From: Burkholderiaceae bacterium
GTDB taxonomy: Bacteria; Pseudomonadota; Gammaproteobacteria; Burkholderiales; Burkholderiaceae_C
Length of the DNA stretch: 64,000 nt
Direction: 5' to 3'
NCBI GenBank assembly: GCA_041396505.1
Contig: JAWKYL010000007.1
Coordinates: 57,635-121,634 of the forward strand
Shown: positions 44,091 to 55,753 of the stretch, piece by piece
Layout: each line of letters starts with the position of its first letter
Numbering within the stretch: the first letter of the stretch is position 1
Position numbers and translations under genes: made by a program
Notes under the pieces: model-generated
Told to the model about the DNA's origin: nothing
What the model saw: only the letters and a program-made list of their open reading frames with translations
Databases searched by the model: none

Positions 44091-45617
44091 ATGGCAGCCA
44101 CCGAACGCCCCCTGGAGACCGCTGCCCATCCGCAGGGCCTGCGCCGCATCGTCATCGACCCGGTCTCGCGCGTCGAAGGCCATGGCAAGGTGACCCTGCT
44201 GCTGGACGATCGGCAGCGCGTCCAGCAGGTGCGGTTGCACATTGTCGAGTTCCGCGGATTCGAGCAGTTCATCGTCGGCCGGCCCTACTGGGAGGTGCCG
44301 GTCATGGTGCAGCGCCTGTGCGGCATCTGCCCGGTCTCGCACCACCTGGCCGCTTCCAAGGCACTGGACCGCGTGGTCGGTGGCTGGCCCGTGCCCGAGG
44401 CGGCTGACCGGATACGGCGACTGATGCACTACGGCCAGATCGTCCAGAGCCACGCACTGCACTTCTTCCACCTCGCCTCGCCCGACCTGCTGTTCGGGTT
44501 CGATGCGGCGGTCGCGCAACGCAACATCGTCGGCGTGGCTCAGGCCCATCCGGACACCGCACGCCAGGGTGTGATGATGCGCAAGTTCGGCCAGGAGGTG
44601 ATTCGCATCACGTCCGGCAAACGGGTGCATGGCACCGGTTCGGTACCGGGTGGCATGAACCGCGCCGTGACGCCCGAAGACCGCGACAGCCTGCGTGAAC
44701 AGGTGCCCCGGATGCTGTCCTGGGCCGAGTCCGCAGTCGACCTGGCCGAACGCCTGACCGCCGGCCTGCCGGCCGACTTCGCCGGATTCGCCCATACACC
44801 CGCCGCCATGATGTCGCTGGTCGGCCCCGATGGTGCCATGGCGCTGTACGACGGCTGCCTGCGTGTGCGTGAGGCCGATGGCCGCGTGGCCGTCGACGGT
44901 TTCGAGGACCAGCGCTACCGCGAACTCATCGGCGAGACGGTCAAGCCCTGGACGTACATGAAGTTTCCCTACCGCCGCGCACTCGGTCCCGAGGCCGGCT
45001 GGTACCGTGTCGGTCCGCTGGCCCGGATCCAGAACTGCGACCACATTCCCACGCCGCGTGCCGAGGCCCGCCGACAGGCTTTCCTGGCCGCGCATGGCGG
45101 GGCCACGGTGCATGACGTGCTGGCCACGCACTGGGCGCGCATGATCGAACTGCTGCACGGTGTCGAGGTGGTCGCGCAACTGCTGGACGACCCGGCCATC
45201 CTGGGCGGAACCCTGCGTACCGAAGGTGAACGCCAACGCAGCGGCGTGGGCATCATCGAGGCGCCGCGTGGAACCCTCATCCACGAATACGAGGTCGGCG
45301 ACGACGACCTGGTGACGCGCTGCAACCTCATTGTCTCGACCACGCACAACAATCAGGCCATGAACGAGGCGGTGCGCTCGGTGGCCCTGAGGTACCTGGA
45401 TGGCCAGACCATCACGGAGCCCTTGCTCAACCACATCGAAGTCGCCATCCGGGCCTACGACCCCTGCCTGTCCTGCGCCACCCATGCGCTGGGCCAGATG
45501 CCGCTGTCGGTGACCTTGCGCAATGCCCGCGGCGACGTGCTGGATCACGTGCTCCGGTCATCGACCGGAGACACCGTGCGCGGTGCGACGCCCCATCCCC
45601 TGGAGCGTGCGCAATGA
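44091..45617 (+). CDS. hoxH: NAD-reducing hydrogenase [NiFe] large (beta) subunit
   Basis: [17 protein letters not shown], and DPCLSCATH followed by a 43-aa extension. Confidence 0.9.
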   Translation: MAATERPLETAAHPQGLRRIVIDPVSRVEGHGKVTLLLDDRQRVQQVRLHIVEFRGFEQFIVGRPYWEVPVMVQRLCGICPVSHHLAASKALDRVVGGWPVPEAADRIRRLMHYGQIVQSHALHFFHLASPDLLFGFDAAVAQRNIVGVAQAHPDTARQGVMMRKFGQEVIRITSGKRVHGTGSVPGGMNRAVTPEDRDSLREQVPRMLSWAESAVDLAERLTAGLPADFAGFAHTPAAMMSLVGPDGAMALYDGCLRVREADGRVAVDGFEDQRYRELIGETVKPWTYMKFPYRRALGPEAGWYRVGPLARIQNCDHIPTPRAEARRQAFLAAHGGATVHDVLATHWARMIELLHGVEVVAQLLDDPAILGGTLRTEGERQRSGVGIIEAPRGTLIHEYEVGDDDLVTRCNLIVSTTHNNQAMNEAVRSVALRYLDGQTITEPLLNHIEVAIRAYDPCLSCATHALGQMPLSVTLRNARGDVLDHVLRSSTGDTVRGATPHPLERAQ

Positions 45618-46105
45618 ACATCGCCACGGCGCCACTGCTGGTTTTCGGATGGGGCAACCCCAGCCGCGGCGATGACGCGCTGGGCCCCCTGTTTGTCGAG
45701 CGGCTGGCCGCCTGGGCCCGGATCGCGTTGCCGCCAGGCACGCTGGAGTGCCACACCGACTTCCAGTTGCAGGTCGAGCACGCGCTCGACCTGGCTGGCC
45801 GTCGGCGCGTGCTGTTCGTCGACGCAGCGGCTCATCTGGACCGGCCCTGCACCGCCCGCCCGCTGCAACCCGGACGCGGCGCCGGCATCAGCAGCCATGC
45901 GCTGGCGCCCGAGGCGGTGCTGCAGGTCTACCAGGACCTGCATGGCCATCCACCGCCACCGTCGACCCTGCTGGCCATCCGGGCGCAATCCTTCGGTCTC
46001 GGAGACGCACCGGGCGAACAGGCCCTGGCCGACCTGGAACAGGCCCTGGCCTGGGCGCGACACTGGATCACCGACCGAACCCTTCACGAGGAGATGCCCG
46101 CATGA
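45614..46105 (+). CDS. hoxW: HoxH-specific maturation endopeptidase
   Basis: LLVFGWGNPSRGDDALGPLF and the HycI/HoxW pattern. It overlaps the hoxH stop. Confidence 0.8.
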   Translation: MNIATAPLLVFGWGNPSRGDDALGPLFVERLAAWARIALPPGTLECHTDFQLQVEHALDLAGRRRVLFVDAAAHLDRPCTARPLQPGRGAGISSHALAPEAVLQVYQDLHGHPPPPSTLLAIRAQSFGLGDAPGEQALADLEQALAWARHWITDRTLHEEMPA

Positions 46106-47097
46106 ACCTGCTCTGGCTGCAATCCGGGGGCTGCGGCGGCTGCACCATGTCGCTGCTGTGCGCCGACACGACCGATTTCCATGGGCAGTTGCGGGACGCC
46201 GGCATCGAGCTGCTCTGGCATCCCTCGCTGTCGCTGGCCAGCGGTGAGGACGTGACGCGGCTGCTGCGTTCCGTCGCCGACGGCCTGCTGCCACTGGACG
46301 CCCTTTGCGTCGAGGGCTCGCTGCTGCGCGGGCCGCATGGCACCGGGCGTTTCCATGTGCTGGCCGGCACCGGCCGCCCCATGATCGACTGGGTGCGCGA
46401 CCTGGCCGCGCGCGCCCGGTACGTGGTGGCCGTCGGCAGCTGCGCAGCCTGGGGCGGCATCACGGCCGGTGCGGACAATCCCACCGATGCCTGTGGCCTG
46501 CAATACGAGGACGAGCGTGCCGGTGGTCTGCTGGGTGCCGACTTCCGCTCCGGCAGTGGTCTGCCGGTCATCAACATCGCTGGCTGCCCCACGCACCCGA
46601 GCTGGGTGCTCGACACGCTGATGGCGCTGGCCGCCGGCAGCTTCGTTCCTGCCGACCTGGATCCGCTGTCCCGACCCCGTTTCTATGCCGACCAGCTGGT
46701 GCACCACGGCTGCACGCGCAACGAGTACTACGAGTTCAAGGCCAGTGCCGAACACCCGTCGGACCTCGGCTGCATGATGGAGCACATGGGCTGCAAAGGC
46801 ACGCAGGTGCATGCCGACTGCAACATCCGGCCCTGGAATGGCGAAGGCAGCTGCACGCGCGGCGGCTACGCCTGCATTGCCTGCACCGAACCCGGCTTCC
46901 AGGAGCCGGGCCATCCGTTCCACGAGACACCCAAGATCGCCGGCATTCCCGTCGGTCTGCCAACCGACATGCCCAAGGCCTGGTTCGTCGCGCTGGCCTC
47001 GCTGTCCAAGAGCGCGACCCCCCGGCGCGTCAGGCACAACGCGGTGGCCGATCATCTGGTCGAGAAGCCCGCCATCCGAAGGACGAGACTGAAATGA
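46102..47097 (+). CDS. hoxB: regulatory (H2-sensing) hydrogenase small subunit (HoxB/HupU)
   Basis: No Tat signal. It starts MNLLWLQSGGCGGCTMS and carries GSCAAWGG and GCPTHP. ATGA overlap with hoxW. Confidence 0.85.
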   Translation: MNLLWLQSGGCGGCTMSLLCADTTDFHGQLRDAGIELLWHPSLSLASGEDVTRLLRSVADGLLPLDALCVEGSLLRGPHGTGRFHVLAGTGRPMIDWVRDLAARARYVVAVGSCAAWGGITAGADNPTDACGLQYEDERAGGLLGADFRSGSGLPVINIAGCPTHPSWVLDTLMALAAGSFVPADLDPLSRPRFYADQLVHHGCTRNEYYEFKASAEHPSDLGCMMEHMGCKGTQVHADCNIRPWNGEGSCTRGGYACIACTEPGFQEPGHPFHETPKIAGIPVGLPTDMPKAWFVALASLSKSATPRRVRHNAVADHLVEKPAIRRTRLK

Positions 47098-48593
47098 ACC
47101 GGCCGGACAACGCATCTGCTGCACCGGCAGGTAGGGAAACGCGCCTCCTGGTCGGCCCTTTCAACCGGGTCGAAGGGGACCTGGAGGTGTCGCTGGACGT
47201 GGCCGGCGGGCGCGTCGCCTCGGCCCGCGTCAACGCCACCATGTACCGCGGATTCGAGCAGATCCTGCAGGGCAAGGACCCGCACGACGCCCTGGTCTAC
47301 GTGCCCCGCATCTGCGGCATCTGTTCCGTCTCGCAGTCGGTCGCCGCAGCGCGGGCCCTGGCCGATCTGGCCGGCGTCACCCCGACACCCAACGGCCAGC
47401 ATGCCACCAACCTGATCCTGGCGGTCGAAAATCTCGCCGATCACCTGACGCATTTCTACCTGTTCTTCATGCCCGACTTCTGCCGGCCGGTGTATGCCGA
47501 TCGGCCGTGGCATGCCGAGGTCGTGCGCCGTTTCCTGCCCGAGACCGGTGAACAGGTGCGCCAGGCCACGGCGGCCCGCCAGCGCTGGTTCACCCTGCTG
47601 GGCACGATGGGCGGCAAGTGGCCACACACCCAGTCGGTCGAACCTGGTGGCTCCACGCGCGCCATCGACGCGGCCGAGCGGGTCCGCCTGCTGGCCCGGG
47701 TGCGCGAGTTCCGCCGGTTTCTCGAACAGTCGCTGTTCGATGCCCCGCTGGCCTTCGTCGCCGGACTGCAGGACGAACAGGCTCTGTGGGACTGGCATGC
47801 GCAAGACCCCATGGGTGGCGACCTGCGCTGCTTTCTCACGCTGACACGCGACCTGCAGTTGCACAAGCTCGGCGCCGGTCCTGGCCGCTACCTGAGCTAT
47901 GGCGCCTACCCCCAGCCCGGAGGCGGGTTTGCGCTGCCTGGCGGGCTCTGGCGCGCCAGTCCGTGGACGCTGGAGCCGGTGGATGCCCGGGCCATCACCG
48001 AAGACGCCACCCATGCCTGGCTGGCCCAGGCGCGCGCGCCCCTGCATCCCTGGCACGGACTGACCCGCCCGGAACCGGACAAGGCACAGGCCTACACCTG
48101 GAACAAGGCGCCCCGCCTGGCTGGCCAGGTGGTCGAGACCGGCGCCATTGCCCGTCAGCTGACCAGTGCACAGGCCCTGGTGCGCGACACGGTGGCCCGA
48201 CATGGCGGCGTGGTCTACACGCGGGTGCTGGCCCGCCTGCTGGAGCTGGCCCGTGTCGTTCCGCTCATGGAAACCTGGCTGCAGGCGCTGCAACCGGGCG
48301 AGCGCTTCTGCGACAGCGTCCGTCTGCCCGAGAATGGTCAGGGCATGGGCCTGTCGGAGGCGGCGCGCGGCAGCCTGGGTCACTGGCTGGTGGTCGAACG
48401 CGGCCGTATCGCCAACTACCAGATCGTGGCACCCACCAGCTGGAACTTCTCGCCACGCGACGCCAGTGGCACACCCGGCGCCCTGGAGCAGGCCCTGGCC
48501 GGTGCGCCGGTGCGGGCGGGCGAGACCAGCCCGGTGTCGGTACAGCACATCGTCCGATCCTTCGACCCCTGCATGGTCTGCACCGTGCACTGA
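47094..48593 (+). CDS. hoxC: regulatory (H2-sensing) hydrogenase large subunit (HoxC/HupV)
   Basis: RVEGDLE and RICGICSVSQ. It ends exactly at DPCMVCTVH with no cleavable extension, as is typical of sensor hydrogenases. ATGA overlap with hoxB. Confidence 0.85.
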   Translation: MNRPDNASAAPAGRETRLLVGPFNRVEGDLEVSLDVAGGRVASARVNATMYRGFEQILQGKDPHDALVYVPRICGICSVSQSVAAARALADLAGVTPTPNGQHATNLILAVENLADHLTHFYLFFMPDFCRPVYADRPWHAEVVRRFLPETGEQVRQATAARQRWFTLLGTMGGKWPHTQSVEPGGSTRAIDAAERVRLLARVREFRRFLEQSLFDAPLAFVAGLQDEQALWDWHAQDPMGGDLRCFLTLTRDLQLHKLGAGPGRYLSYGAYPQPGGGFALPGGLWRASPWTLEPVDARAITEDATHAWLAQARAPLHPWHGLTRPEPDKAQAYTWNKAPRLAGQVVETGAIARQLTSAQALVRDTVARHGGVVYTRVLARLLELARVVPLMETWLQALQPGERFCDSVRLPENGQGMGLSEAARGSLGHWLVVERGRIANYQIVAPTSWNFSPRDASGTPGALEQALAGAPVRAGETSPVSVQHIVRSFDPCMVCTVH

Positions 48594-48613
48594 GATGAAC
48601 ACCCCAATCTGCC

Positions 48614-49957
<1,344 letters not shown>

Positions 49958-50018
49958 AGCAGGTCTGTCGTCCACCCCCGGCGTACGGGGGCGATCCGAC
50001 ACGCCACAATCCACCCCC

Positions 50019-50777
50019 ATGGAACTGATACTGGTCTCTCTGGCCTCGCTGTTTGCCGGCTTCGTCGACTCGATCGTGGGTGGTGGCGGGCTCATCCTCG
50101 TGCCGGCCCTGTTCGCCGTGTTTCCCCAGACCCACCCGGCCACACTGTTCGGCGTCAACAAGAGCGCGTCCATCTGGGGCACGGCCGCCGCCCTGGCGCA
50201 GTATGGTCGCCGCGTGCAGATGCCCTGGGCCTCCCTGCTGCCGGCCGCTGCCGTCTGCTTTGCCGGGTCCATGGCCGGTGCCTGGGCCGTCACCGTCATC
50301 TCGCCGGACTTCCTGCGACGTGCCCTGCCGGCCATCTTGCTGGGCGTGCTGTTCTACACACTGGCCCGCAAGGACCTCGGGCGACACCACACCCCCCGCT
50401 TCAGTGGCCGCCGCGAAGCCCTGGCCACGGCCGTTCTGGGCCTGACCATCGGCTTCTACGACGGATTCTTCGGTCCCGGCACCGGCAGCTTCTTCGTCTT
50501 CCTGTTCGTGCGCTGGCTCGGCTACGATTTCCTGCACGCCAGCGCCAGCGCCAAGCTGCTCAACACCACGTCCAACCTGGCGGCCCTGCTGCTGTTCGCC
50601 TGGAAGGGGCACGTCTGGTGGCATTACGCCCTGGTCATGGCCGTGGCCAACGTCGTGGGCAGCCTGGCAGGCACCCGCCTGGCGCTCAGGCACGGCAGCG
50701 GCTTCGTGCGCGGCGCCTTCATCGTGGTGGTGGCGGCGCTGATCCTCAAGACCGGTTACGACGCCTGGGTGAGGTAG
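50019..50777 (+). CDS. TSUP (TauE/SafE) family anion permease
   Basis: MELILVSLASLFAGFVDSIVGGGGLILVPAL, and multiple TM helices. Confidence 0.8.
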   Translation: MELILVSLASLFAGFVDSIVGGGGLILVPALFAVFPQTHPATLFGVNKSASIWGTAAALAQYGRRVQMPWASLLPAAAVCFAGSMAGAWAVTVISPDFLRRALPAILLGVLFYTLARKDLGRHHTPRFSGRREALATAVLGLTIGFYDGFFGPGTGSFFVFLFVRWLGYDFLHASASAKLLNTTSNLAALLLFAWKGHVWWHYALVMAVANVVGSLAGTRLALRHGSGFVRGAFIVVVAALILKTGYDAWVR

Positions 50778-50815
50778 TGGACGTGTTCACACCGAGGTGA
50801 CACGTTGCGGCAATC

Positions 50816-51700
50816 TCAGCCAAATTTCAGGTCACGCAGCAGCTGCAGTGTTTCGCGGACGAGGCGTGACATGGGACCGGATCGGGGTACGGCCAGCTTG
50901 AGGGTGTTGCGCAGCATCGGTGGGCCCAGTCGGACCTTGCGCAGCTGATACCCCGAACCAAGCGTTCGAATCACCGTGTCGGGCAATATGGTGTATCCCA
51001 TTCCCTGGGACACCATTTTCATCACCGTGCTGACCGTGCCGACCTCGGCCAGTACCTGGGGTTTGATGCCACGTGGCCGCACCTCGGCATCGATGACACT
51101 GCGAATCGAGCTGGGTGCGCTGGGCAGAATCAATGGATATTGCGCCAGTGCGTCCAGGCTCACGCGGCGCGGCAGTGTCGCCCCGCTCATGGGTGCGACC
51201 AGCAGCAGCTCTTCCTGCAGCAGCGTTTCAAAGCCCAGTGCGGGTGTGCCGGGTGGATCGAACAGCAGGGCAATGTCCAGTCGACCGGACAGAAGCCATT
51301 CACGCAGGTTGACGCTGAGCCCCTCGGAAATGGACAGCTCCGCGCGAGGCATGCGCTCCCGGAATCGGCTGACCAGAATGTCGCTGACCGCCAGGGATAT
51401 TCGCGGCGGCAAACCCACGGCGATTTTCCCTGTCGGGCTGGATTGCAGGTCGCGGAGTTCGTCCTTGGCTCTCTCGGCAATATCCAGCATCGCGCGGGCA
51501 TGCGCGAGCAATGCAACACCGGCTTCTGTCGGTTTGACGCCTCGACCCGTGCGTGTCAGCAGTGGCTGCTGAAGCTCCCTTTCCAGTGCTGAAATTTGCC
51601 GGCTCAGTGTGGGTTGTGCCAAGTTGAGCGCCACTGCCGCTGCACTGAAACTACCTGCTTCAACAACGTGCACAAAATAAGCGAGGTGCCTCAGTTCCAT
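50816..51700 (-). CDS. LysR-family transcriptional regulator
   Basis: MELRHLAYFVHVVEAGSFSAAAVALNLAQPTLSRQISALERELQQPLLTRTGRGVKPT. It is divergent from the catabolic cluster. Confidence 0.85.
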   Translation of the reverse strand: MELRHLAYFVHVVEAGSFSAAAVALNLAQPTLSRQISALERELQQPLLTRTGRGVKPTEAGVALLAHARAMLDIAERAKDELRDLQSSPTGKIAVGLPPRISLAVSDILVSRFRERMPRAELSISEGLSVNLREWLLSGRLDIALLFDPPGTPALGFETLLQEELLLVAPMSGATLPRRVSLDALAQYPLILPSAPSSIRSVIDAEVRPRGIKPQVLAEVGTVSTVMKMVSQGMGYTILPDTVIRTLGSGYQLRKVRLGPPMLRNTLKLAVPRSGPMSRLVRETLQLLRDLKFG

Positions 51701-51792
51701 AGCTTTGAAGCATAGCTGATATAGGTGGTGATGCGTTCCTGTAAAGGCAGCACATCCCAATAATTTGGGCATTGCATGGCGCTCCAGTACCT

Positions 51793-52551
51793 ATGTCCGC
51801 AACCAAGACTTCTGAATCCAGGCCGGCTCGACCGCTGACAGGGCGGGTGCCTCCTGAGGCGATCCGACAACTCAGTTTGCAGCGCCTGGAGCCTCACTGG
51901 CTGGAACGCGCAGCCAGCCTGCCTGATCTGACGGCGAACATGAGTGACGCCCTCGATGCACTTGGATTGCGAGGCGCCATTGCGGCCAGTGAACTGGCAT
52001 GCCAACTGTCTGGCGCACGCCTCGTCGGGCAAGCCGTGACCGTGCGCAACGTCGAGCGTCCGGAGGATGTCGCTGCCTGCGTGGCGTCCAGGCAGGGCCG
52101 GATGGGCGAACACGAGGCCTACAACCTGGCCGAACCTGGCGATGTCGTGGTCATCGAGGGACTGAAAGGCATATCCAATCTCGGCGGACAGTCGGCCATG
52201 GTCGCTGTTCGATCGGGGTGCGCCGGCGCTGTGATTGACGGGTCCTTTCGCGATCCTGCGCTCTCACGCGATCTTGGCTTCCCCATCTGGTCCCGCGGAC
52301 CCACGCCCGTCACCGGCAAATGGCGTCTGCAGACCGTCGAGATCAATGGACCGGTCCGGATCGCGGGCGTGGCCGTCGACGCAGGCGATCTGGTGGTGGC
52401 AGATGACGCGGGTGTGGTGTTCGTTCCACGCCTGCGGGTGCCGGAGGTTGTCGAGATGGCGCAGCGCATCGCGCAGGGCGACGAACGGCAGCAGGCTGAC
52501 ATACGTGGCGGCATCGCGCCTCAAGAACTCGCTCAGAAACAGTACAAGTGA
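51793..52551 (+). CDS. RraA-family protein (HMG/CHA-aldolase / oxaloacetate decarboxylase-like)
   Basis: LVGQAVTVR...GDVVVIEG...NLGGQSAMVAVRSGCAGAVIDGSFRD...GFPIWSRGPTP. The start was chosen at the first in-frame ATG; the track ORF begins at a TTG at 51772. Confidence 0.75.
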   Translation: MSATKTSESRPARPLTGRVPPEAIRQLSLQRLEPHWLERAASLPDLTANMSDALDALGLRGAIAASELACQLSGARLVGQAVTVRNVERPEDVAACVASRQGRMGEHEAYNLAEPGDVVVIEGLKGISNLGGQSAMVAVRSGCAGAVIDGSFRDPALSRDLGFPIWSRGPTPVTGKWRLQTVEINGPVRIAGVAVDAGDLVVADDAGVVFVPRLRVPEVVEMAQRIAQGDERQQADIRGGIAPQELAQKQYK

Positions 52552-52552
52552 C

Positions 52553-53452
52553 ATGACTGCGTCTATTGCCAAGGTACAGATCGACTGCGTGGTACAGGGT
52601 GCCGACATCCTGGGCGAAACACCTCGCTGGTGCGAGCGAACGGGACGACTATGGTGGGTCGATGTCCGCAGACCTGCCCTGCAGTGGTACGACCCATTGA
52701 CCGGACAACATGCGGCGATCCGTTTGCACCCTGACCTGGTGACGGGGGCGATTGCCCTTCGCGAGGCCGGTGGATTTTTGCTGGCGACGGCGGCAGGCCT
52801 GTATGTGTTCGAGCCGGAAACAGAAGAGGCTCCCCGGTTGCTCGCCCATCCCGAGCAGGGTAAGCCTGGCATGCGCCTGAACGATGGTCGATGCGACCGT
52901 CGTGGGCGATTCTGGGTCGGCAGCATGCACGATACCCAGCGTATTCCTGTCGGCACCCTGTACCGGTTCGACGAACAGCATCGGTGTGAACCGATGTTCA
53001 ACGGCTTCGTGCTGCCCAATTCGCTCTGCTGGAGTCCGGACGACCGGACCATGTACTTTGCCGACACGCACAATCAGACGACGTGGGCCTTTGACTACGA
53101 CATTGACGAAGGCACCATCAGAAACCAGCGTGTTTTCCATGATTGGACACACCAGATCGGCCGGCCTGACGGCGCCACGATCGACGTTGACGGCTGCGTA
53201 TGGACCTGCATGGTGGCCAGCGGACAACTGGTTCGTCTGACGCCACGCGGCGCGGTCGACAGGGTTGTCCAGCTACCCGTGACCAATCCGACCTGCCCCG
53301 CCTTTGGAGGGCAGGGCCTCGACACCCTGTTCATCACCAGCCACTCGCAGCGGCTTCCCCCCGACATGCATGCGCGAGAGCCTCTGGCTGGCGCGTTGCT
53401 CGCGATTCACCCAGGCGTGCAGGGCTTTGTGGAAGCACGCTACCGAGGGTGA
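52553..53452 (+). CDS. SMP-30/gluconolactonase/LRE-family lactonase
   Basis: ILGETPRWCERTGRLWWVDV, RLNDGRCDRRGRFWVGSM, PNSLCWSPDDRTMYFADT, and RPDGATIDVDGCVW. Confidence 0.85.
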   Translation: MTASIAKVQIDCVVQGADILGETPRWCERTGRLWWVDVRRPALQWYDPLTGQHAAIRLHPDLVTGAIALREAGGFLLATAAGLYVFEPETEEAPRLLAHPEQGKPGMRLNDGRCDRRGRFWVGSMHDTQRIPVGTLYRFDEQHRCEPMFNGFVLPNSLCWSPDDRTMYFADTHNQTTWAFDYDIDEGTIRNQRVFHDWTHQIGRPDGATIDVDGCVWTCMVASGQLVRLTPRGAVDRVVQLPVTNPTCPAFGGQGLDTLFITSHSQRLPPDMHAREPLAGALLAIHPGVQGFVEARYRG

Positions 53453-53489
53453 GTTTTTCACGCCATTCCTATAACCAGGAGATACCGAC

Positions 53490-54443
53490 ATGAAGTTCTA
53501 CAAGCACCTGTTGGCCGGAGCAGCGCTGGCCGCATCGTTTGCCGTTTCGGCCCAGCCAGCCAGTGATACGGTCAAGATCATTGTTCCGTTCTCGGCCGGG
53601 GGGCCTACCGACCAGATTGCCCGCATTCTGGCTGCGCCGCTGGGCGCCATTCTGGACAAGCCTGTCATCATCGAGAATCGAGGCGGAGCGGGCGGCACGG
53701 TTGGCGTGGCGGCAGCGGCCAAGTCCGCACCCGACGGATCCACCCTGTTGTTGACGACTTCCAGCCTGGTCATCACCGCCGGGACGACGCCCAAGTTGCC
53801 TTACAACCCGCGTACGGATCTGGAGCCTGTCTATTTGCTGGGCGAAGTCCAGACCATGCTCGTTGTGCGGCCTTCGCTTGGGGTCAATTCCCTGTCGGAA
53901 CTGGTGACCAAGGCAAAAGGTCCCGACAAGCTGAACTATGGATCAACCGGTATCGGTGGCACCATGCACATTGGTGCGGAACTGTTCAGCAAAGCGGCTG
54001 ATGTCAGCATGGTGCACGTGCCGTACCGGGGAGCCGCTCCGGCCCTGGCGGCCCTGATGGGGGGGACTGTCGATCTGGTCAATGCAGATGTCCCGGTCCT
54101 GCTCCCCTTTGTCAGGAGCGGGCGTGTCAAGCCCTTGGTGGTCTACGACACCAAGCGTCCGCCGCAGTTGCCAGACGTTCCGACCGCCGCTGAAGCCGGG
54201 CTGCCGTCTTTGCAGATGAGCAACTGGTATGGCGTCCTGGTGCCGGCTGGCATGTCGCCTGACTTGAAGAAGCGGTTCGAAGCCGCGTTGGCCCAGGTTG
54301 TCAGTCAACCGGACGTGATGGCGCGACTGAATGAGGCCGGATTCAGCGGTCCGCGGGACAGCCAGGCCTTCAAGGCCAAGCTGGAGGCCGATTTCGACCG
54401 CTGGCTTCCCTGGCTCAAGGCGGCGGGAATCGAGACCAACTGA
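53490..54443 (+). CDS. Bug-family (TctC-like) tripartite tricarboxylate transporter substrate-binding protein
   Basis: A signal peptide, then IIVPFSAGGPTDQIARILA, ENRGGAGGTVG, and VPYRGAAPALAALMGG. Confidence 0.9.
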   Translation: MKFYKHLLAGAALAASFAVSAQPASDTVKIIVPFSAGGPTDQIARILAAPLGAILDKPVIIENRGGAGGTVGVAAAAKSAPDGSTLLLTTSSLVITAGTTPKLPYNPRTDLEPVYLLGEVQTMLVVRPSLGVNSLSELVTKAKGPDKLNYGSTGIGGTMHIGAELFSKAADVSMVHVPYRGAAPALAALMGGTVDLVNADVPVLLPFVRSGRVKPLVVYDTKRPPQLPDVPTAAEAGLPSLQMSNWYGVLVPAGMSPDLKKRFEAALAQVVSQPDVMARLNEAGFSGPRDSQAFKAKLEADFDRWLPWLKAAGIETN

Positions 54444-55408
54444 TGGCCGGCGAGAACATGCCTTTGGATGTCATGCACCGAGGCCCTCGCCTTCTGCAGA
54501 TTGGTCCACTGCCCGACGGTCTTCAGCAGCGCCTGGATGCCAGTTACACGGTTGACCGGTTGTGGCTGGAACCCGACCGTGCTGCCTTTCTGGCCCAGGC
54601 CGCTCCTTATGCTGGCGCGGTGACCATGTCGCGGCACGGATGCGACGACCTGGTACTGCAGGCGCTGGCAGGTCGCGTACTGGCCTGCTTTGGTGTGGGT
54701 ACCGAGCGCATAGACCTGCCTGCGGCCCGTCGACACGGCGTGACTGTGAGCAACACGCCGGACGTGCTCACCGGATGCGTGGCGGATTTCGCCTGGGGCT
54801 TGTTGCTGGCTGTTGCACGGCAAATACCGCAGGCGCATGCCTTTGTTCGCTCCGGGTCCTGGACCCAGCGAAGCTATGGCCTCGGAACGCGCGTGCATGG
54901 CAGGCGCCTGGGCATTGTCGGCCTGGGGCGAATCGGCATGGCCATTCGTCATCGAGCCAGCGGATTCGATATGGATATCCGCTATCAAGGTCCTTCGGCC
55001 AAAACCGGCGTGCCAGGCTTTGAGCCTGATCTGCGGGCGTTGGCAACTTGGGCTGACTACCTCATGGTCACGGCTCCCGGAGGACCATCGACGCAGCATC
55101 TCATCGATGCCAGCGTCTTGAAGGCACTAGGGCCTCAGGGCATTCTCGTCAACGTGGCGCGTGGCTCGGTCGTCGACGAGGAGGCGCTGCAGGAGGCATT
55201 GCGCCAATCCTGGATTCAAGGGGTCGGGCTCGATGTTTTTGAACGGGAGCCCGACGTTCCTGCCGCGCTGCTGACCGATGACCGGGTGGTTGTGCAGCCT
55301 CATATCGCAGCCAGCACCCGGGAAACCCGGGCGGACATGGAGCAGTTGGTGCTGGACAACCTGAGTGCCTTCCTGTCGGATGGGCAGGTCTTGACCCCGG
55401 TGGACTGA
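54443..55408 (+). CDS. D-isomer-specific 2-hydroxyacid dehydrogenase (glyoxylate/hydroxypyruvate reductase-like)
   Basis: GIVGLGRIGMAI, LVNVARGSVVDEEAL, and LDVFEREP...QPHIAASTRETR. Confidence 0.85.
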   Translation: MAGENMPLDVMHRGPRLLQIGPLPDGLQQRLDASYTVDRLWLEPDRAAFLAQAAPYAGAVTMSRHGCDDLVLQALAGRVLACFGVGTERIDLPAARRHGVTVSNTPDVLTGCVADFAWGLLLAVARQIPQAHAFVRSGSWTQRSYGLGTRVHGRRLGIVGLGRIGMAIRHRASGFDMDIRYQGPSAKTGVPGFEPDLRALATWADYLMVTAPGGPSTQHLIDASVLKALGPQGILVNVARGSVVDEEALQEALRQSWIQGVGLDVFEREPDVPAALLTDDRVVVQPHIAASTRETRADMEQLVLDNLSAFLSDGQVLTPVD

Positions 55409-55435
55409 CGGCGCCCATCCGCAAGGAATCAACCA

Positions 55436-55753
55436 GTGATCATTGAACACAGAACCTATACCGTGGTCCACGGCCAGATGGACGATTACCTTGCCCGATA
55501 CGAACAATATGGTCTGCCTGTGCTCAGGCGCCATCTGGGACGGCTGCAGGGGTGCTACCTCAGCGAGATCGGGCCGCTGAACCAGGTGCTCCATGTCTGG
55601 ATCTACGACAGCCTGGCGGAGCGCGAGCGTCGCCGTGCGCAACTCGAATCAGACCCCGAATGGCAGGCATTCAAAGTCACCAATCGGGGGACCTTCACGC
55701 ACCAGGAAGTGCGCATCCTGCGCCCGGCAAAGTTCAGTCCGGACATGCCGTGA
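55436..55753 (+). CDS. NIPSNAP-family (dimeric alpha-beta barrel) protein
   Basis: (V/M)IIEHRTYTV..G....Y...Y......LRRHLG.L.G.Y.SEIGPLNQVLHVWIYDSLAERE. GTG start. Confidence 0.6.
   Translation: MIIEHRTYTVVHGQMDDYLARYEQYGLPVLRRHLGRLQGCYLSEIGPLNQVLHVWIYDSLAERERRRAQLESDPEWQAFKVTNRGTFTHQEVRILRPAKFSPDMP

Noticed and set aside
44091-45617. The long (43-aa) C-terminal extension of HoxH after DPCLSCATH as a possible anomaly.
   Set aside because: Extension length varies among group 3 enzymes, and the last codons simply overlap hoxW. There is not enough evidence to call it unusual without an alignment.
49975-49991. A hairpin, cccccg-gcgta-cggggg, after hoxJ as a possible terminator of the hydrogenase array.
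   Set aside because: It has no U-tract and the stem is only 6 bp. It could equally be a fragment of the C-run/G-run repeat family, so it is not called a terminator.
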